DNA of 64,000 nucleotides, taken from NCBI RefSeq assembly GCF_964204645.1, contig NC_134026.1:18324150-18388149 (forward strand). Direction: 5' to 3'. Numbering within the stretch: position 1 is the stretch's first letter; each line of letters opens with the position of its first letter. Made by a program: the position numbers and the translations under genes. The DNA comes from Tubulanus polymorphus. Its lineage: Eukaryota; Animalia; Nemertea. Below are positions 12,959 through 29,100 of this stretch, in pieces. The notes under the pieces were generated by a model, which was not told where the DNA came from, ran no database searches, and worked only from the letters and a program-made list of their open reading frames with translations.

Positions 12959-14104
12959 CGAAGTATTACCAAGCCTGGTTCTCGTGAACTGAAAGTGATG
13001 TATTTTTTATCATCAACTCTGATAAGGATAATGATAATGATTACTACAATGATGAAATTCTCTTTATAAAAGAACTGAATAATTGTTTGTATGATTGGTA
13101 CTGTCTGAGGTTGAGTGGTTCAACTGTATTTGGCTTGTCAATGCTTATAGATTCATACAAATATCTACTGGGCAAAACGTCGGCAAATGAATGTATATAT
13201 GGAAGTGTGATTGTACTCTAAGTTTGCTGTCTTTTTTACAAATAGAAAGACTCCATATAGAAAGAAAATTGTAAAACTCATTCGAGCCAATTTAGTTACA
13301 TAGGTATTGATTTGCTTTCACAAATGTATCCAATGTGGGTGGCTCTGATGATATCCAAATCATGGCCTTCGGAACCATCCAATTCTTTGCCACTTGGTAC
13401 ATTATGTTTTGGCATCAGTTGAAAATTTCCATCAAAATTTTGCAGGTTCTCTATTGCGATGATGAATAATGAGAGGGCTACATTAGCGAATATTTTTACC
13501 AAGGGGAACGTTCATAAAGTACATGCACAAGCTATAGATAGGGCGTCAAAAGCGTACAATCTGTGTATGTACATGTAGCTAGCTAAGTAGTTCGCAAAAG
13601 AAGAGGTTGAAATATTGCTGTAGTATGTATTGCAATCAGAAGACTTAAAAGCAAAATTTAAATGCAAATTATCAATCCCTAGCTGATCGAATGCCAGAAT
13701 TCCTAATGTACATTGTAAATTGTACCCATTTTATACAATTCTCTTAACCTCGTCATTCCTAATCACAATTCTGCCAACTATTTAGTTATTGCATGTGAAA
13801 GCAGTTTTTATGGAGAGACAAAACATTGCAGATCCCACTATCTTTTCTACTCACTTCTACTCTGTATTTGGTAAATATACCATGGAAAGTTTTGTCGTTC
13901 GTAGATGGAATCATTTATTTTTGGAAGTTCTCAACATGCTTTGACATACTGTCTCGCAATTTCAGTTTTTACTGAATTATGACCAAATCATGATGAATGA
14001 ATTAATCATCTGCCAATGACTTATGCGCTGTCTGTAAATGCAGCCCGGGTTCACTCGCTATATAGTATTCCAGTCTTTGTATTTTTGTTGTTTGGCCTCT
14101 TTAT

Positions 14105-14716
14105 TTAATTACTTTGAGTACGGATTTCCGGGGAAAAAATGGAAGGGTGAAGGAAAGAATACAAGATAAGACATTTTACTATCACATGATACATTTTGAA
14201 ATTGGGCAGGGGAAAAATAACAATAGATTTTTTGTATTAAGTATTTTCCACAAAATCTTGGACTGGAAAGATCATACAGAGAATGAAAATTGTTTTGAAT
14301 TGAATTCAAATGAGGGGAGAAATGAAGAAAACTAATTTTTTGCAAATAATTAGATGTGAAATTAAGACTAAAGCATCAAGAAAAAAAGTTTTTGAGAAGT
14401 TATGATCTAAACATGACTGAAGAAAAATGTTTATTTCCTTCATGATACATTACGTGGGGCACATATAAGAAGTTACCTTAGCTCGGGTACTATACTGCTA
14501 AACATTTTGAGTCACGTGGCTCGTGGTGGCGCCACCGTACGGTAGTGGATATTCCAAAAAATGTTTAGCGGTATAGTTCCCAAGCTAAGGTAACTTCTAA
14601 TATTTGCCCCATGTAAGTATCCCTCAGAAATACAAATTTTACTCCAGAAAATTATGATTTTTCAAACGATGTTTTTGTTGGAATTCCAGGAGACATCCAT
14701 ACTCCAAATGATTAAA
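14105..14716. mobile_element. TTAA-flanked palindromic MITE
   Basis: Outer IR ttaattactttgagtacggat / atccatactccaaatgattaa; inner ~65-bp IR at 14445-14510 vs 14560-14620. Confidence 0.6.
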
Positions 14717-17410
14717 GAAAGACCTTACTATACCGGTGCAAGCATTCACTTTTTTGTGTACATAACGCTCATTATGCTAGTTTGAGAATTTTCCTGTCTA
14801 GGCAAAATCATCAATGTGTTCTGAAAAAACATTTGAGTCAAAAATGTTTGATGTTTATTGTGATTCGATGCTATTTAATCAGGCTAAGGTCAAAATCCTG
14901 CCGTCAATATGAAAGATATGTCTCATCGGTCTGTAGCTTCTTGTTTTGATGCAAGCATCTGTGAAAGACTGAACCCCCAGTGTAAGCCATTCGATATTTC
15001 TTCATTCGCCATACGTGAGGCATTTGAGTAGGATTCACTATTATAGTTATGAGTCAGGCATTCTACCATGATGAGATTTTAGTCAATTTTAATGCATACA
15101 TGGATTCAAAATAAATTCTACATCAATTTCAATCTGCCAAATTTGCTGTAACGGTATAGAATACCAGTAGTATTGTTCGAACGCCTGTCATATGCCTTAC
15201 ACAGGCGGTTCAGGTCTTTCCTTGATGGCTGCGTAAATGAGATGAGTGTGTTCATTAGTTACTAACAGTAGTCCCCCAACCAATCTGACTGTATGTTACG
15301 TGCAAACATTTGACAACCACCGCTTAAAATCATTCTGATAATATAATGTATAAACTCGTTGAAAATCAGGCACAATTGGAATGGATATCAATTATCATTT
15401 ACGGTGAGGCGTCCCATGATGAAATTCTGAAAAATGAGCTTACTTTACCAACTGTACTTTTTACCGGTTGATTTAGCATGTTGATACTTTGGCCAAGTTC
15501 ACCACCACCAACTGATAGGTAAGTAACTATAGTTGGGGGTCCCAGGAGTCCTTCTCAGAAAAATTAGATGCAATGAGTAGCATTTCCGAGCATCTGACAT
15601 ATTAGGTTGAATACTGAAGGAAGTTTTGCTTCTTTTTCCTTGAATTTGGCTTTGAATCAAGTGAGTTTGGCATATTTCTTTAAAAAGAAGCTCAAAATTT
15701 CGGTCAGATTCAAGGCAGACGTATAGGCCTACAGCATATATACAGGCTATATACAGGCCTGCTCCTTGCCAGTACCCAATTTTACTTAATGCAATTTTGA
15801 GTGAAAAATGTTAGCGTGCACCAACTTTGAGGTATCCTCATAATTCATATTTCATCTTTAGGAACAGCCAGGTGATTTTTGTTCTAGATCTCTCTGTAAG
15901 GTAGGAAATAATGTCGCAGAAGAGAATTCATCATAACAAAATGTGATTCTCCCTACGACAAGTTACAATATCTCAACAAAGGTGTTCAGATCAGATAGAT
16001 TTTTGGTTAATGAGTCAACCTCGGTTTTTGGATGATGACTCCGACTCGATTTCTGGGTTATGTAGGTATCAACATCTGTTAATCCTTTCACCAGCTTTTT
16101 ACTAGTACAGTGTCCCCTCATTACAACAAACTTTTAGGCACCCGGAAATGTATTTGTTATAACCGATCATTCATTATATCCAGTATGAAGCCATTAGAAT
16201 TGTCGTATTTGGGATGAAATGCTAGGCTTTTAATGTAATCTGTTCAACTATGGCCTACCGCATTCTTTAGTTGGGAAGTTTATTGAATCAGAAGCTAGTG
16301 ACAGTTTTTTTCAACAACTTGATTCTCATTTATGAAAATGATTTGATGTTTGTGTCTATAACATTGGATATGAGTTTAGGGGTAAGATTGATATGAAAAA
16401 AGATGTGTTAAAATCCAAGAAATGGTCTTGTCAAAATGTTTTGATCCTCTTTTTCTGCCATATAATAGTCAGTTATAATAGCTCATAATAGTCTTTACTA
16501 TCTCATGATTTCATAATTCCCTAGCAATGGCTTCATTTTTTCTATCCTCATATATTACTACTAAATATACAATATACTTTTTTTAGTCATGGATGATTAA
16601 CCGAGGTTGACTGTTTCTTGCCTCAATCAGACCGCGGCCGATTCTATTTTCTGTACACTTTTGAATAGATATTGTCAATTTTTGCTCAATGGGTATGATA
16701 TGTTAATGTGTGCTGTTTTTTAAACTGGTTGGAATTCCAATAGCTGAAAAAAGGGCCGTTAACTAAGTATATATAAAATGTCCTACAGTTTTCGCCACTT
16801 TCTGGAAAATTAATGCTAGCTGATTAGTTCTCTGATTTCATCAGGCACCAGCGGTTATGAAACGGGGTTATAATGTTTGTACACTCCATTGTTATAAAGC
16901 ATTAGATTTCAATTTAGAAGAAGCACTACGCTAGAGCATGTAATAACTATGGGCTCGGTGAAAATACCAGTCTGGTGGCCTAGTTTCAAGACACAATTCT
17001 AGCTGAAATAAGTTAAGTTTTCATTGTTGTAGATGTATGTAGTGTGACCAAAGATTTGAGTTAAACGCTTGTGTGATTATAGCTCAACTCTTTCTGAAAC
17101 TGGCCCCAATATTTGTAAGTATCACCAGTTATTTATTTCATCTAATGTCTCTAGTGAATAAACTGGGTTTTGATGAAAGATGGGAACGGGTTAAGCTTGT
17201 AAAGCTTGTCCTATATTGCTCATATTTTCGTTTAGAAATACAGTATTCCCTCTGGCAGACCCTTTCCAGGATAGCATTAAACACTTAAGAAGGAAAGGAA
17301 TTTTAGTCCTTTTTGATATTAACGCAATAACTACTGCAACTGTATCTGTCATCAAAATAAAGCTTCTTTTAAACAGAGCATGCTTTTTCTAGCTAGTTTT
17401 TGAGCCTTTA

Positions 17411-18183
17411 GTCTGGCTTATGTCGACAAGCAAAGCGACGCCTACCGACGCAACTGAGAGCAACCGCGATCACAGCCTAGCTTATGTCGACTGTGCTCCG
17501 ATGCGCAGCAACTGAGGCCTACCAGCGGGATACGAGACCCTCCCAGTTGCTTACCTGCTTATGTCGGTTGCGATTACTAGCAACTGCGGGAGCTCAAATG
17601 GTCACGTGATACACATTTTGAGAATTAATTTGAATTATTGGGAAATGTGTTTCTATTAGAAAAGCTATTTCTTTAAGACTTTGATCTTTCTGATTCTGTT
17701 TTGAATACAACGTGCTAGCGACATTATATAAAGATGGCCGCTCACACCATTAGTTCTAACAATTTCGTTTCTAGATCTTCGGTCCAGTCCACTGCCGTGC
17801 TGAAGGTTTGGTTTACGTTTTGAACTACTTGAATTTTAAAGTTTATGACTAATTACGAATGACGCTAACTAGCGGTGATAATTTGTGCTATGTATATGTG
17901 GTCTCTCATTGGCTGGAATTGCTGCGCTCAGTTCCGTCGCGTCGCAGATGAGCTTATGTCAGCTGCGATCGAAAGCAACTGTCCGCCTACCGTAGGCTGG
18001 AGTAGAACATGGGCAACTAGCCGCATACGGCTTGTGACGAGTCGGTAGGCGTCAGGTTGCCGTTGCAAGCCGGCTTATGTCGAACCGATCGCGCAGCAAC
18101 TGGTGGCCTCTCGTAGGCCGCTAATCGGCGATAAACCCAGTTGCATCAGTAGGTGTCGCGTTGCTCGTCGACATAAGCCAGCC
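17411..18183. mobile_element. GC/CpG-rich Harbinger-like non-autonomous element
   Basis: ~45-bp TIRs (gtctggcttatgtcgacaagcaaagcgacgcctacc / ...cgttgctcgtcgacataagccagcc); TTA/TTT flanks; repeated internal GCTTATGTC and GCAACT motifs. Confidence 0.7.
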
Positions 18184-18371
18184 TTTAGAGAACATATCTG
18201 GATCCCATAACAGTGCTCTTGTATATTCGCTTGTGCAGATTTTGCTAAAACGTCTGCTTGGTAAGTGTGATTGATGAATAGGGATATCATGAAGTGACGA
18301 TGAAAGGCTTTAAAATGGTCTGGTTTCAATCCCTGCCATGGAAATTGCTTGCTTTAGAGAATACTGTATGG

Positions 18372-18785
<414 letters not shown>

Positions 18786-21109
18786 TTTGCGTTACAAGTG
18801 CAGCTATTGGTTAATCATGAATGATTTTTTCAGTTTTCATTTGCATAATAATACCACTGCCACCGAGAACTGGATATAGTTATCTAATTTCAAAAATCGC
18901 ATACCAAGTAACTGGTAGATATGTGACTTGAATAAGTAAGCGAGAGGCCAAATGTTTCAAGTAAATTGATTCTTCACGGAATTTTATGAATTGTCAATTT
19001 AACACTAGAAACAGATAGATGACGAAAACATACCACTTAAAGAATGTGCTTTGCGAATGGCATTAAGGCCCGCCCATAGATAATGTATCATAATTGTGTG
19101 TCAATGCTGTCAAGTTGTGGTGACTTCTGACAGTGTAGGATGATATCAGCTGCCTGTTTTCTGCAGTCAGAAAGAAATATAAAAATTGTAATTGAATATT
19201 GTTGATATAAAGTAGGCCGACGGTGGTTGGGACGATAATATGGTAACCAATTTAATCGTTGCATTTGTTTTATTGTTTCTGTTATGAACAGATTCTAATC
19301 TGAACATGACAACAATCTTTGAATAAAACTCTTTGTAATAAAATGTAAGTTCTTTTAATTTAGTGTTTTTCAAATTGTTCAGATTTGTCTCGTCAACCAA
19401 TGCTTCACTAACTCATCAAATGCATCGTGTTAGAAATGAGATGATGTAGTGTCCTCAGAAAATTGAGCTGTGAGATATAAAATATGTTGGTAAAATCTGA
19501 TGCTAAAAGTGATTTTACTCTTGAGACACCCGAGATGTCTGATATGGTCGAAGCTGTGTAGTTTAGGACCGTGAACATTATGTTTGTGGCTGATCCAAAT
19601 GAAAACTTATTATTGGTAAATTTAATTGGAAATACCGGTTACTATAAACTGGAACTAACAATTAGACAGTATTGTGATGATAATCGATGACATCCATAAC
19701 AGACGTTTGACTATACGACCTGGCACTATGATGTACAATACTATGTATTGTAGTCAAACTAGGTTAAGTCATAGATGACATGATTATTCAGATTATTACG
19801 TGACAATTTACCGAAATGAAGACTTAAACTGATATTTAATTGAATTGGAAATATGCAAATTGGGACTCTATATCTGATAATGACTTAACCGATTTCAATT
19901 CAATTGTACATGTATTCCCCTTCAATCATCCGGCTCCTAAGTTTAATCCTGCTTCTGCCAATGCAGTCAATGCAATGTTCATAGATTTGATTAGTACACA
20001 AAATGAATTATACTGAAAACAATTCTTATCAGAAAACAATTTATTGCTGTAAAATGCCCTTTACCACTCTACGTATAACATATATTCAGGGAAATACTGA
20101 TGGTACAACATTCAGCAGCGAAGTACACGCACTACATAAATACATGTAGTAAATATTGGTACCGTTGAAAATAGACAGTATGATTTGGCTATGTACAAAA
20201 ACCTCCGGTACAACAATGTACAACTATTTTGGAATTACCTCTTATCCTTGAAAAGAAAAGAGGCATTTTTGAGACAGATTTAGATTATTTGGTTAATTTT
20301 GCATAATAATTTTGCCAACATGACCCTATTGGCATTTTGGAAAATCAAGCAAAGTCAGTAATTTGCCCACAGACAAATTGTTTTTTGTCTGACTTCAATT
20401 TGAAAATCGTCGGTGCAGATTGGTTTATGACACCAAAATTTTTATAGTCTTATTAAGTCGTCATAGCCGGAACCATCATTATGTCGATGACTTACCAAAA
20501 TGACGACCTATACTTAGTAAATTGAATTGGAAATAGCGACAACTTAATCCAATGATGACTTAACCAAATTCATTAACAGTTGAATCTCATTAATATGATT
20601 TTGTCAGAGTACCGATGGGTCGCGATACCATGAATTGGAGTAGAAAAATTTTAAAGTTTAATCTTTGTCCATGTTATGGGATAATTGGAAGGAATCAGCT
20701 CCGAGACATGCAGAGTCTGTTTTATTCTGTTTTCTATCATACCTCATATTCTTATTAAATGGATAACCCTTTACTCTTCATTTGATAATAATGAAATTTG
20801 GATGATTTATTTTCCTGTAAGATGCTACACTTAGTCAATCTGATACATTTATATTGCACTCAAATTTTAGAACGATACATGTAACTTTGATTTGCACATT
20901 TCCAGTTGGCAAAGACTAGTTTGATTTAGGGTTAAAGGCTAGTCAATACTACTCCGATAAATCATAAGTGTTGAAATACCGGTGTACCCTTACCCAACAT
21001 ATGCACGTAATTTGGATTACGTAATACAAAAGTTGCAATTGATTAGGTAATATAAAAAATAGTAACATTAATACCGGTACACAATTTTTTCCAATTATGT
21101 ATACCTTTA

Positions 21110-21259
21110 CAGTGGAATCTTGTTACAACGAACTTCGGGGGACCCAAAATATGTTTGTAGTAACCAATAATTGAGTATGAATTAACAAAAATTGACCTAT
21201 TTGGGAAAAAATTCTAGGTCTGCAATAACCGCTAAATTGTTTTACCCAAGGTTCCACTG
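21110..21259. mobile_element. Tigger/pogo-like MITE (TA|CAGTGG...CCACTG|TA)
   Basis: TA TSD; homologous to the copy at 39160-39342 and a fragment at ~16108. Confidence 0.7.
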
Positions 21260-22560
21260 TAATCCCCATGAGCGAAATTTGTAAAAATTTAAAAAAATAT
21301 ATATTAATTACAAGGAATTTGCTTTTCTATACACAGGTTAACATGACAAACTCTTAGAAATAATTGTAACAACGTATTTGCATCTTTATTTTTTGCATAT
21401 ACATGTACCAGGTAAATATGGAAGCATATATTATGGCCACTGCTACAGTTACGTAAACAGTCACTGCCAAGGTTGTATCTTCTTATAGGGCAGTTGGTAG
21501 CATGGACAACTTAACTAAAACATATATTACTGAAGGCTTAGAGAAAACAAGTTATAAACTACTCTGCTGATGATTATGTTCAATGCAAAACTTCGAATAC
21601 CCTCCTTTGACCCACATATTAATGGCACAGTGATAACCTAGTAATATCTACCACCATGAGAAGATTACCATCAATTTAATTAAGATTGCTGCACTTTTAA
21701 AAAGACACCCACCTGGAGAAAAATATACTAAACAATTTTAGAACACCAGTAACCAAGACCATTCATAAACCCATTTCTAAACAATAAGTCTTGACTCAGG
21801 ACCAGAAGAAACACGAATGAAATGAAACATTAATGAAACTAACTAACTAATACATGTACATGTACTTATCTGAAGCACGAGTATTCATTATTCAGATACT
21901 CATCTAAAGCCCACTCATCACTGGCAAAAAATTCCAGAATTGACCATATTAGTTTCAGGAAATCATTTCTTGCCTGCAAATGATTCTGGAACAAATTAAC
22001 ACCACAATCATCAATTCATCATCAGAGGTCTTATTAAAATCTATAAGACCCTAAAAATTCTAAGCGCCCTAATAATCAAAAGACACTTCACAGGCAAAAC
22101 GTTGTGGGGAATATAGTCTGAAAGCGCACTTTCTGTAAACCAAAGCTATTCATCTCTTAACCTGATTGGGGCCATCACCGGGGAAACTGATAAATATTAA
22201 TATTAAAATTAACATTTTTGGTTTTGCAGCCAACCCCAATAAACCGGTAATGCTCATATCTGTGATTTAAGATTTTGGCAGTAAAATTAGTATTTTTGAC
22301 TAGTTCAAAGACAAAATACAGAGTTATTCTTCATGTTTCAGATCCACCTCTGCATGTAAACATTCATTCCAGACCACACAATCCTTATGTCACCACGTAT
22401 TCAGTGATTTTGCAACTTAGAAATGATTGTTTAGCGTAGACAGAAAAGTTGGGCAATTCCACAATATCAATTATTCCTAAATATTTAGATACAAGACAGA
22501 CAATACTTTTGGTACCACGTTATATATACATTGTCATCTCAATCTATACCGCTACTCCTC

Positions 22561-23146
22561 CTAACCATAGTCTGTTTCCACTTGCAAAATATCCATGAAA
22601 CCAGGTCGTTGCTGTAGATCCTATAATTCAAATATCATATAACTGGTGATGCAAGTACAATTTTTCAACACGCAAGAATACAAAGTATGTATCTTAGAAT
22701 ACATACAATTGAACCTCATTAGCACAATGTCTGTGGGAAAATGAAAAATCATCGTACTAACCGAATTTCATATCAAACATTTGATAACTCAAATCCATAA
22801 CTACCTTCAAATACCGCACTGCTGGTATTCACTTCAACTATCAAACGATACCCACGTGCTTAGACGATGTATAAATAATGTGTACAAGTCCGACTTTAAA
22901 AAAAGCGGAACTTATTTTGGACCATCGTACTAAGCCTGTTCATTTACTGTAGAAATGAATAGGAGCTCAAGGCAATCAACTCTAAGGTAAACAGAGTCTA
23001 TGTAAAGATAAATTTAATAGTATACTGAACCTTTAAACGTTGGACTATCTGTTTATATTCTGCCTGATTTTGCGGATTTTTCTTGTCTTTGAAGTAGTCA
23101 GATATACCAATATGTATCGATATTGAATACAGCTTAGGACAAGCAC
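22561..23146 (-). CDS. FBXO41: FBXO41-like last two coding exons (23146-23031, 22620-22561)
   Basis: ACPKLYSISIHIGISDYFKDKKNPQNQAEYKQIVQRLK / DLQQRPGFMDILQVETDYG*. Confidence 0.88.
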
Positions 23147-26100
23147 CTATTCAAATAAAGTTATTGAAATAAAATCTCAATTACTGAGGTGATGTAGCAA
23201 AGGGTAATTCATACAAAAGTTGATTAACATTAACCGATGGACAACTAACAAAACTACATTGATACCATGGTATTTATCAGATACTGGTAGTTAACTTTAT
23301 CCAGCTTTTGAGCTACTAAATTGTGAAGAGATTAATCTCTTCGCTGCATTGTAGCAAGTTGCAATAATTTTTCATCTAGGTTGCTACTAAGCCATATCAC
23401 CTAGTTGACAACAGGATTAAGGTTCATAATTAAAAACTGGTATGTACAGCTTGATCAGTATCCCCCTAACACTTATCTCTGATACTCTCTCCCCTCTGGA
23501 ATTGTACTAAAAATCAAACGCCTCTAAAACCCCCTACACGTATCATATATCTTCAAGTCGTGAACTACATATACAAATGTACCGCACATATATCCCATAG
23601 TACAAGATGTACCAGTATACACGTATTGGTATGTTACTTGTCAATACCAGCGCAATCCAAATGAAAGGATAGGAATTGGTCTTTAGATTCCATTAACAGA
23701 TTTATATAGATACAATACACTATATTCTCGGCCTTACCATCCACCACTATAGTATACAATTTTGATGAGATAGATAAGGGATCATTCATTTATTACGTAC
23801 GCAATTTGAATTTTTCAACCCCCCCCCATGTACACAGAATCGGCCAATTTTTCATGTACATTAAGCATTACAGTACGCAATTGCACTGACCCCTCCCCCT
23901 CCCCTAATGCGTACGTAATAAATGAATGATCCCTAATTAGAAACATTCCTCAGACTTACTGACAAACTGAACTAAAGCTTTAGGCGTAACTGGTGTGAAG
24001 GTGAAATCTAAAACTTCCAATCCTTTCAGCCCTACAGAACACATAGCGGCCGCTGTGGCTTCTTTTATTTCGAACAAATGATCCAACTCCAGAATCTGCA
24101 GTCGCAAACAATTTCTCGCTGAAACAATAAATAACAAGCCCACTGTAATGTATATTAACTTTAATCAAACCGGATTTTGATCAAATCCAGTCCAACTGTA
24201 TAAATGCCTATAAATGTTTGCAAGATATGATGTTTAATCTAGCCTCCTGTTGAAACAAATTAATTCCATTGGTCTCAAATTATCCTGATTAGATTCATCT
24301 AGCTGATGGTTAAACGTTTGACAATATCATACGTAACTAGCTGCTTTTGAACTCTTATCGAGCAGGCACAGTTGCACAGTTACATCCAATTCCACTGAAC
24401 TAGTACCGTATTTTCCGGCCAATAAGCCTACTCGGCCAATAAGCCGAGGGCAGTTTTTTAGCCTAAAATACATGGATTTCATAAAGCTTCGCCCAATAAG
24501 CCGAGGCCCTTCAGCAGAGATTTTAATTCACTGATTTGTCAATTAGTTCGTCTTAATTGACGATTTAAGAGGCTGACAGTAGCGCCCGCCGATGTGTGAG
24601 AGTGCAGTGTATACTATCATCGCCGGACTGTGCTATATATAGACTCGCTCAGCTGATTACTATACACACAGCCATACACGCAGTATGCGGCTCACTGCTG
24701 ATTTGCATATATACTAATGTATGAACTGACACGTGGTAGTACGATGAACTCGCGCGTAATATAAATGTATACCATTGCCGCTGTGCGGTGATGGAACAAT
24801 CAAAGTAAAAATAAAATAGTTCAAAATAGATTATAATTGGTAGTAAATAATGACCTCAAATAAATATCGACCACTTTTCTTGATTTTGACGATCATTGAG
24901 AGCATTAGAGTGGCATAGATCAGGAAGTGATTTTTTATGTCAGATCGTATCCGCCCAATAAGCCGATCACGATATTTTGGGTAAAAATCTGAGGCTAGAA
25001 AATCGGCTTATTGGCCGGAAAATACGGTAGATCTATCTTTGTAATTTGTGTTAATCGCAGTTAGTCTTACCTATAGCTGTGACTCCAGTCTCAGATATGC
25101 CTTCACCACCTATGCATATTATCTGCAAGTTTGGCCAACATCGTCCGAGTAAATCGCAACAGCTATCGTTGAAAGCCAATGGACGATCGCTTTAAGAAAC
25201 AAGAAAATTAACTTTAATAAATTATTTGACGCCTGCGAAAAAATGTAGAATTTCTGGTATAAGCTAATGTGGAATTGCAAATTTGAAATCGAAGTTTTAA
25301 GAAATTTCGGGAATTATGAGATTTGGCGATTGGGTAGATGATACAGTCTTCGACTGGTCTAATCAAAAAAAAAATGTCAACTTGTGACTTCGATTCACTT
25401 TTGCCTCTAAGCTGGTCTGCAACTTCATTGCCTCCATGGTTGAAGAAAGAGCTCTTCTGATGTCTGCTTCATCATGACTTTGAGCATATCGTGTAGCCAG
25501 CCAGCCCGGTCCTGGGGCCCGGTCTGGCTGTCACTTGATATCCTAGACTTGAGTCTGGGTTGAAGTAGACATTGTCATATAATTAACTTATTCATGTTAT
25601 TCTGTATGAATTACCCGTGTGTCTTGTATTTTCTTATTTTAAAATTTGTAAATGTATTGATTTTTGGAATTTTATCCCGGAATTTCAATGTAATAAGGAT
25701 CAATAAAGTATTGAATTTAATTGTCACCTTATACACATGCCATCAGTGGACGCGGAGCCGTATATGACAGCTATGCTATTATAAATTGCTAATCTCATGA
25801 AACCTGCATACGTCTAATATCGAACATATTTTCTAAAACATTTGAATATTGAAATTATATGTTCACACGTTTTTATATAGACCGCTTGTAGCCGCCGATG
25901 AAATTCACGCCGGCCCAACTCAGATCGTAGATAGCTTCGTCATTCCACTAGCATCCCCATGTCAGGGTCTGACTTTTATATCAGACTTCCAAATCGTGTA
26001 TACATCTGCCATTTAACCGAATAATCCGATTTACTTATCATTTCTATTTATCCCTGCCGCCCCTGATATAATCATACATCCTTTACTATTACAATACGTC

Positions 26101-29100
26101 TTCTCATGATATTCAATGCGATGTAACATTTCGACATTCAAATAGAGGTCATTATATAATCCCAGGAAGCCATTCTACATCTTTATCAATAATATTTTGC
26201 CAAATAGCTTGTATGTGTACACATAAACCTGTGACGTTTTGCACATCGATTTACGGTTGTCGTTTGTAAAATGACGCTGAATGGTTATCATTGTTTAGGT
26301 TTCATAATGGTAACGTTTTATAAGGCGTCAAAAAAGTGAAAATAGTGTGACAATATTTTACTAGCTGCATTAAGAAATTGGGCCGGCAGTAGTGAGATTG
26401 GTGTATGGTGGAAGTGTCATATTTTTTCACGTACTTTGGCTGTATAGGTGGAGCGATGAGAGTTTTGATGTCTGGACATCCCGCGCCCAGACTCCATAAA
26501 ACTTCCATACCAACAGGATACATATCACTAACATAGACAATCTGCTGTAACCTTCGACAGTAACAACCAGCTAACCATAATGACCTAAAAATGCAGACAA
26601 ATAAATACGAAAAGAATTGATGCAAAGGTTGCTTGGCGGGAAAATGATAAAATGATAATTGAGACAAAAAAAGATTGAATAACTAAGGATCCAGGGACAC
26701 CATGAACACTTTGAAAATGGTCTTCTGTTCAAAGAATACATCATGTAGTAAAATTTCAAAAGATTCCATCTACTAGTTCAGTCTGTATCCTACTCACAAC
26801 AAACACACAGATGGACAGATGGACAGATGGTCGTACAGTTAAATCCCCCTTTCACTCCATCGACCAATGGAGGACAGCTGTTAAGTCCCCCTTTCACTCC
26901 ATGAACCGTATGGAGAACAACAGTTAAGTTCCCACTTCACTCCATGGACCAATGGAGGACAATAATCATGTGAATAACAATTCTTAATGGATAATTGATT
27001 TGATAATTTGACAAATATCAAGAAAATTTACCTTTCAGTCAATAGATTACGACAGTCGACAATTTTCAGTGTCGACATAGTCTTGCTACTCGATTTGAGA
27101 AGACACTCTAGACCATCTTCTAGTGACGCTCTGTAGAAATAAAGACAATTAGAAACATTAACCCTTAACTTGTATATAAAAGATTGGTTATTTCATCCCA
27201 TTTTCCTTTATCTGCCCATTTTCTTCATCATTAGATTTTAGTTCAGGTTCAGCAAATGCGATTTTTCTACATCATTTCCAGAAAAGCCAACTCTATGTGG
27301 TTGATGATGTGGGTGGGATTTTGACTGAGTGATGCAATGACATTTTTGACATATACAAATGCTACAGGCGCCAAAATTTAGATTAGTGTGTACAATACCA
27401 GTAACATGGATGCCTATCTAAGTTTGATTATATATTGCCAAGTATAGATTTACCTTGTGGCTTGTAAGTACTGTTGCAAAGTTTCATCATCCTTTCTAGG
27501 TCGGGCCTTTAAACCTAACAAATACGTTCAATGAGACATATTAATATACATGCACAAGCAAATGTGGGGCATAAAACATGTTTTCTTTTGAAATGCTTCT
27601 GAAAGTCAATTAAAAAACAATTGCCAGCTTACCCATAAGAGTTAACGAATGAACTTCAGTGCACCATTTAGACATGGTAATTAAGTACTGAAATAATACC
27701 ATACATTCATAATTACAGGTGTTCAACACATTAAAGAACACCATTTTTCCATTTAAGATTTTCATAGTAAAATCCATATTTTGGTCCCTTTTAGATCTTG
27801 ACAACTGAAAAATGTAAAGGTTTTCGCCCAGGTACCCTTTCTCCTACAAACTTATCACAACATACTAATCACAACATACCCTGGATTTAGGAACACCACT
27901 GCAAAACATTTGACAATTAAAACACTTTCGAAGAAATACAATTCATAGCTGGCTGTCAAATGTGGTTTCAGTAAAATAAACTTTTGAATTATTTATCATG
28001 AAATTTATGATGCAGTTTATTTGAAATGCTCAGGCATTTAAATTTTCCGGTAGAGCGATGAATCAAAAATTGCATTCTCATAAAATTCAACAATGAATTC
28101 AGTGATCAGGAATCTCCACAATTGGAGAGTTGCTCACATAACATAATTGTAATTTGTAACATGGGTTATATTCATACTACAATATCCCATGGGCTAAAAC
28201 CTTCAATCGATAGCAGTATGTTAGTGCGCAGCGTTTTGCAGAACCTCGTCACAGGCTTCAACTTTCCAATTTATTGTGGTAACAAAATATGCATAGGTGT
28301 CATATAAATGTCAATCCCCTGTGAACATGTCCAAAGACCATTAACTCACCACAATCATAGAACAAATCATAGAACATTTTTAAGTAGGTCGAATGCCATT
28401 CCCACTTGGGAAGGGGTTCTGAAATGGTTGATAAACTGAAAAAATTCGATATTGATCAACGCCCCCTGAAGAACATACAGAAACCAATGACCTCAAAACT
28501 CAAAATGATTCAATAAATTTTATCATTCAATGCCCCCTGGTGAACACACGCAGTAATCAATGACTTTGAAAATTACTTAAGTCATAGAACATGCCACGAT
28601 CTATAACTTAGCTATTGATCGGTATTATCAAGTGGGCTAGAAAACAGTCGGGGTTTAGTTGATACCTTAAATCTTGTTACAATATTATATATCTGTGCCA
28701 GCTGGTTCTTTTGTCAAAATATGTACCTTTGATGAGATACGTGCTTTACCGAGTCGTATGTTTCTCCATAAAGCTGGATGACGACTAACATCACGCCATT
28801 CTCGAGATACCATACTACATCGACCCAACGTCACGTTATCCAGATACATAAAAACACAAAACAATGCATCACGGCGTCTTTTCACATGACCTGGTCGCAC
28901 ATAACTTGGAGTAGGTGTTCCTAGATTAGAAATAACGGGAATGATTCTTAAATTTAAATATAACTGTATCAATCCGTTGAATTTATACATGAATAACGCA
29001 CAATAGAAGTGCACTAGAACAATAGAAATACTTTCACAAACTGTTAAAAATTCTAACCTATAGTGTGAGCAGTTGTGAGAATAAATATATAGTATTCACC

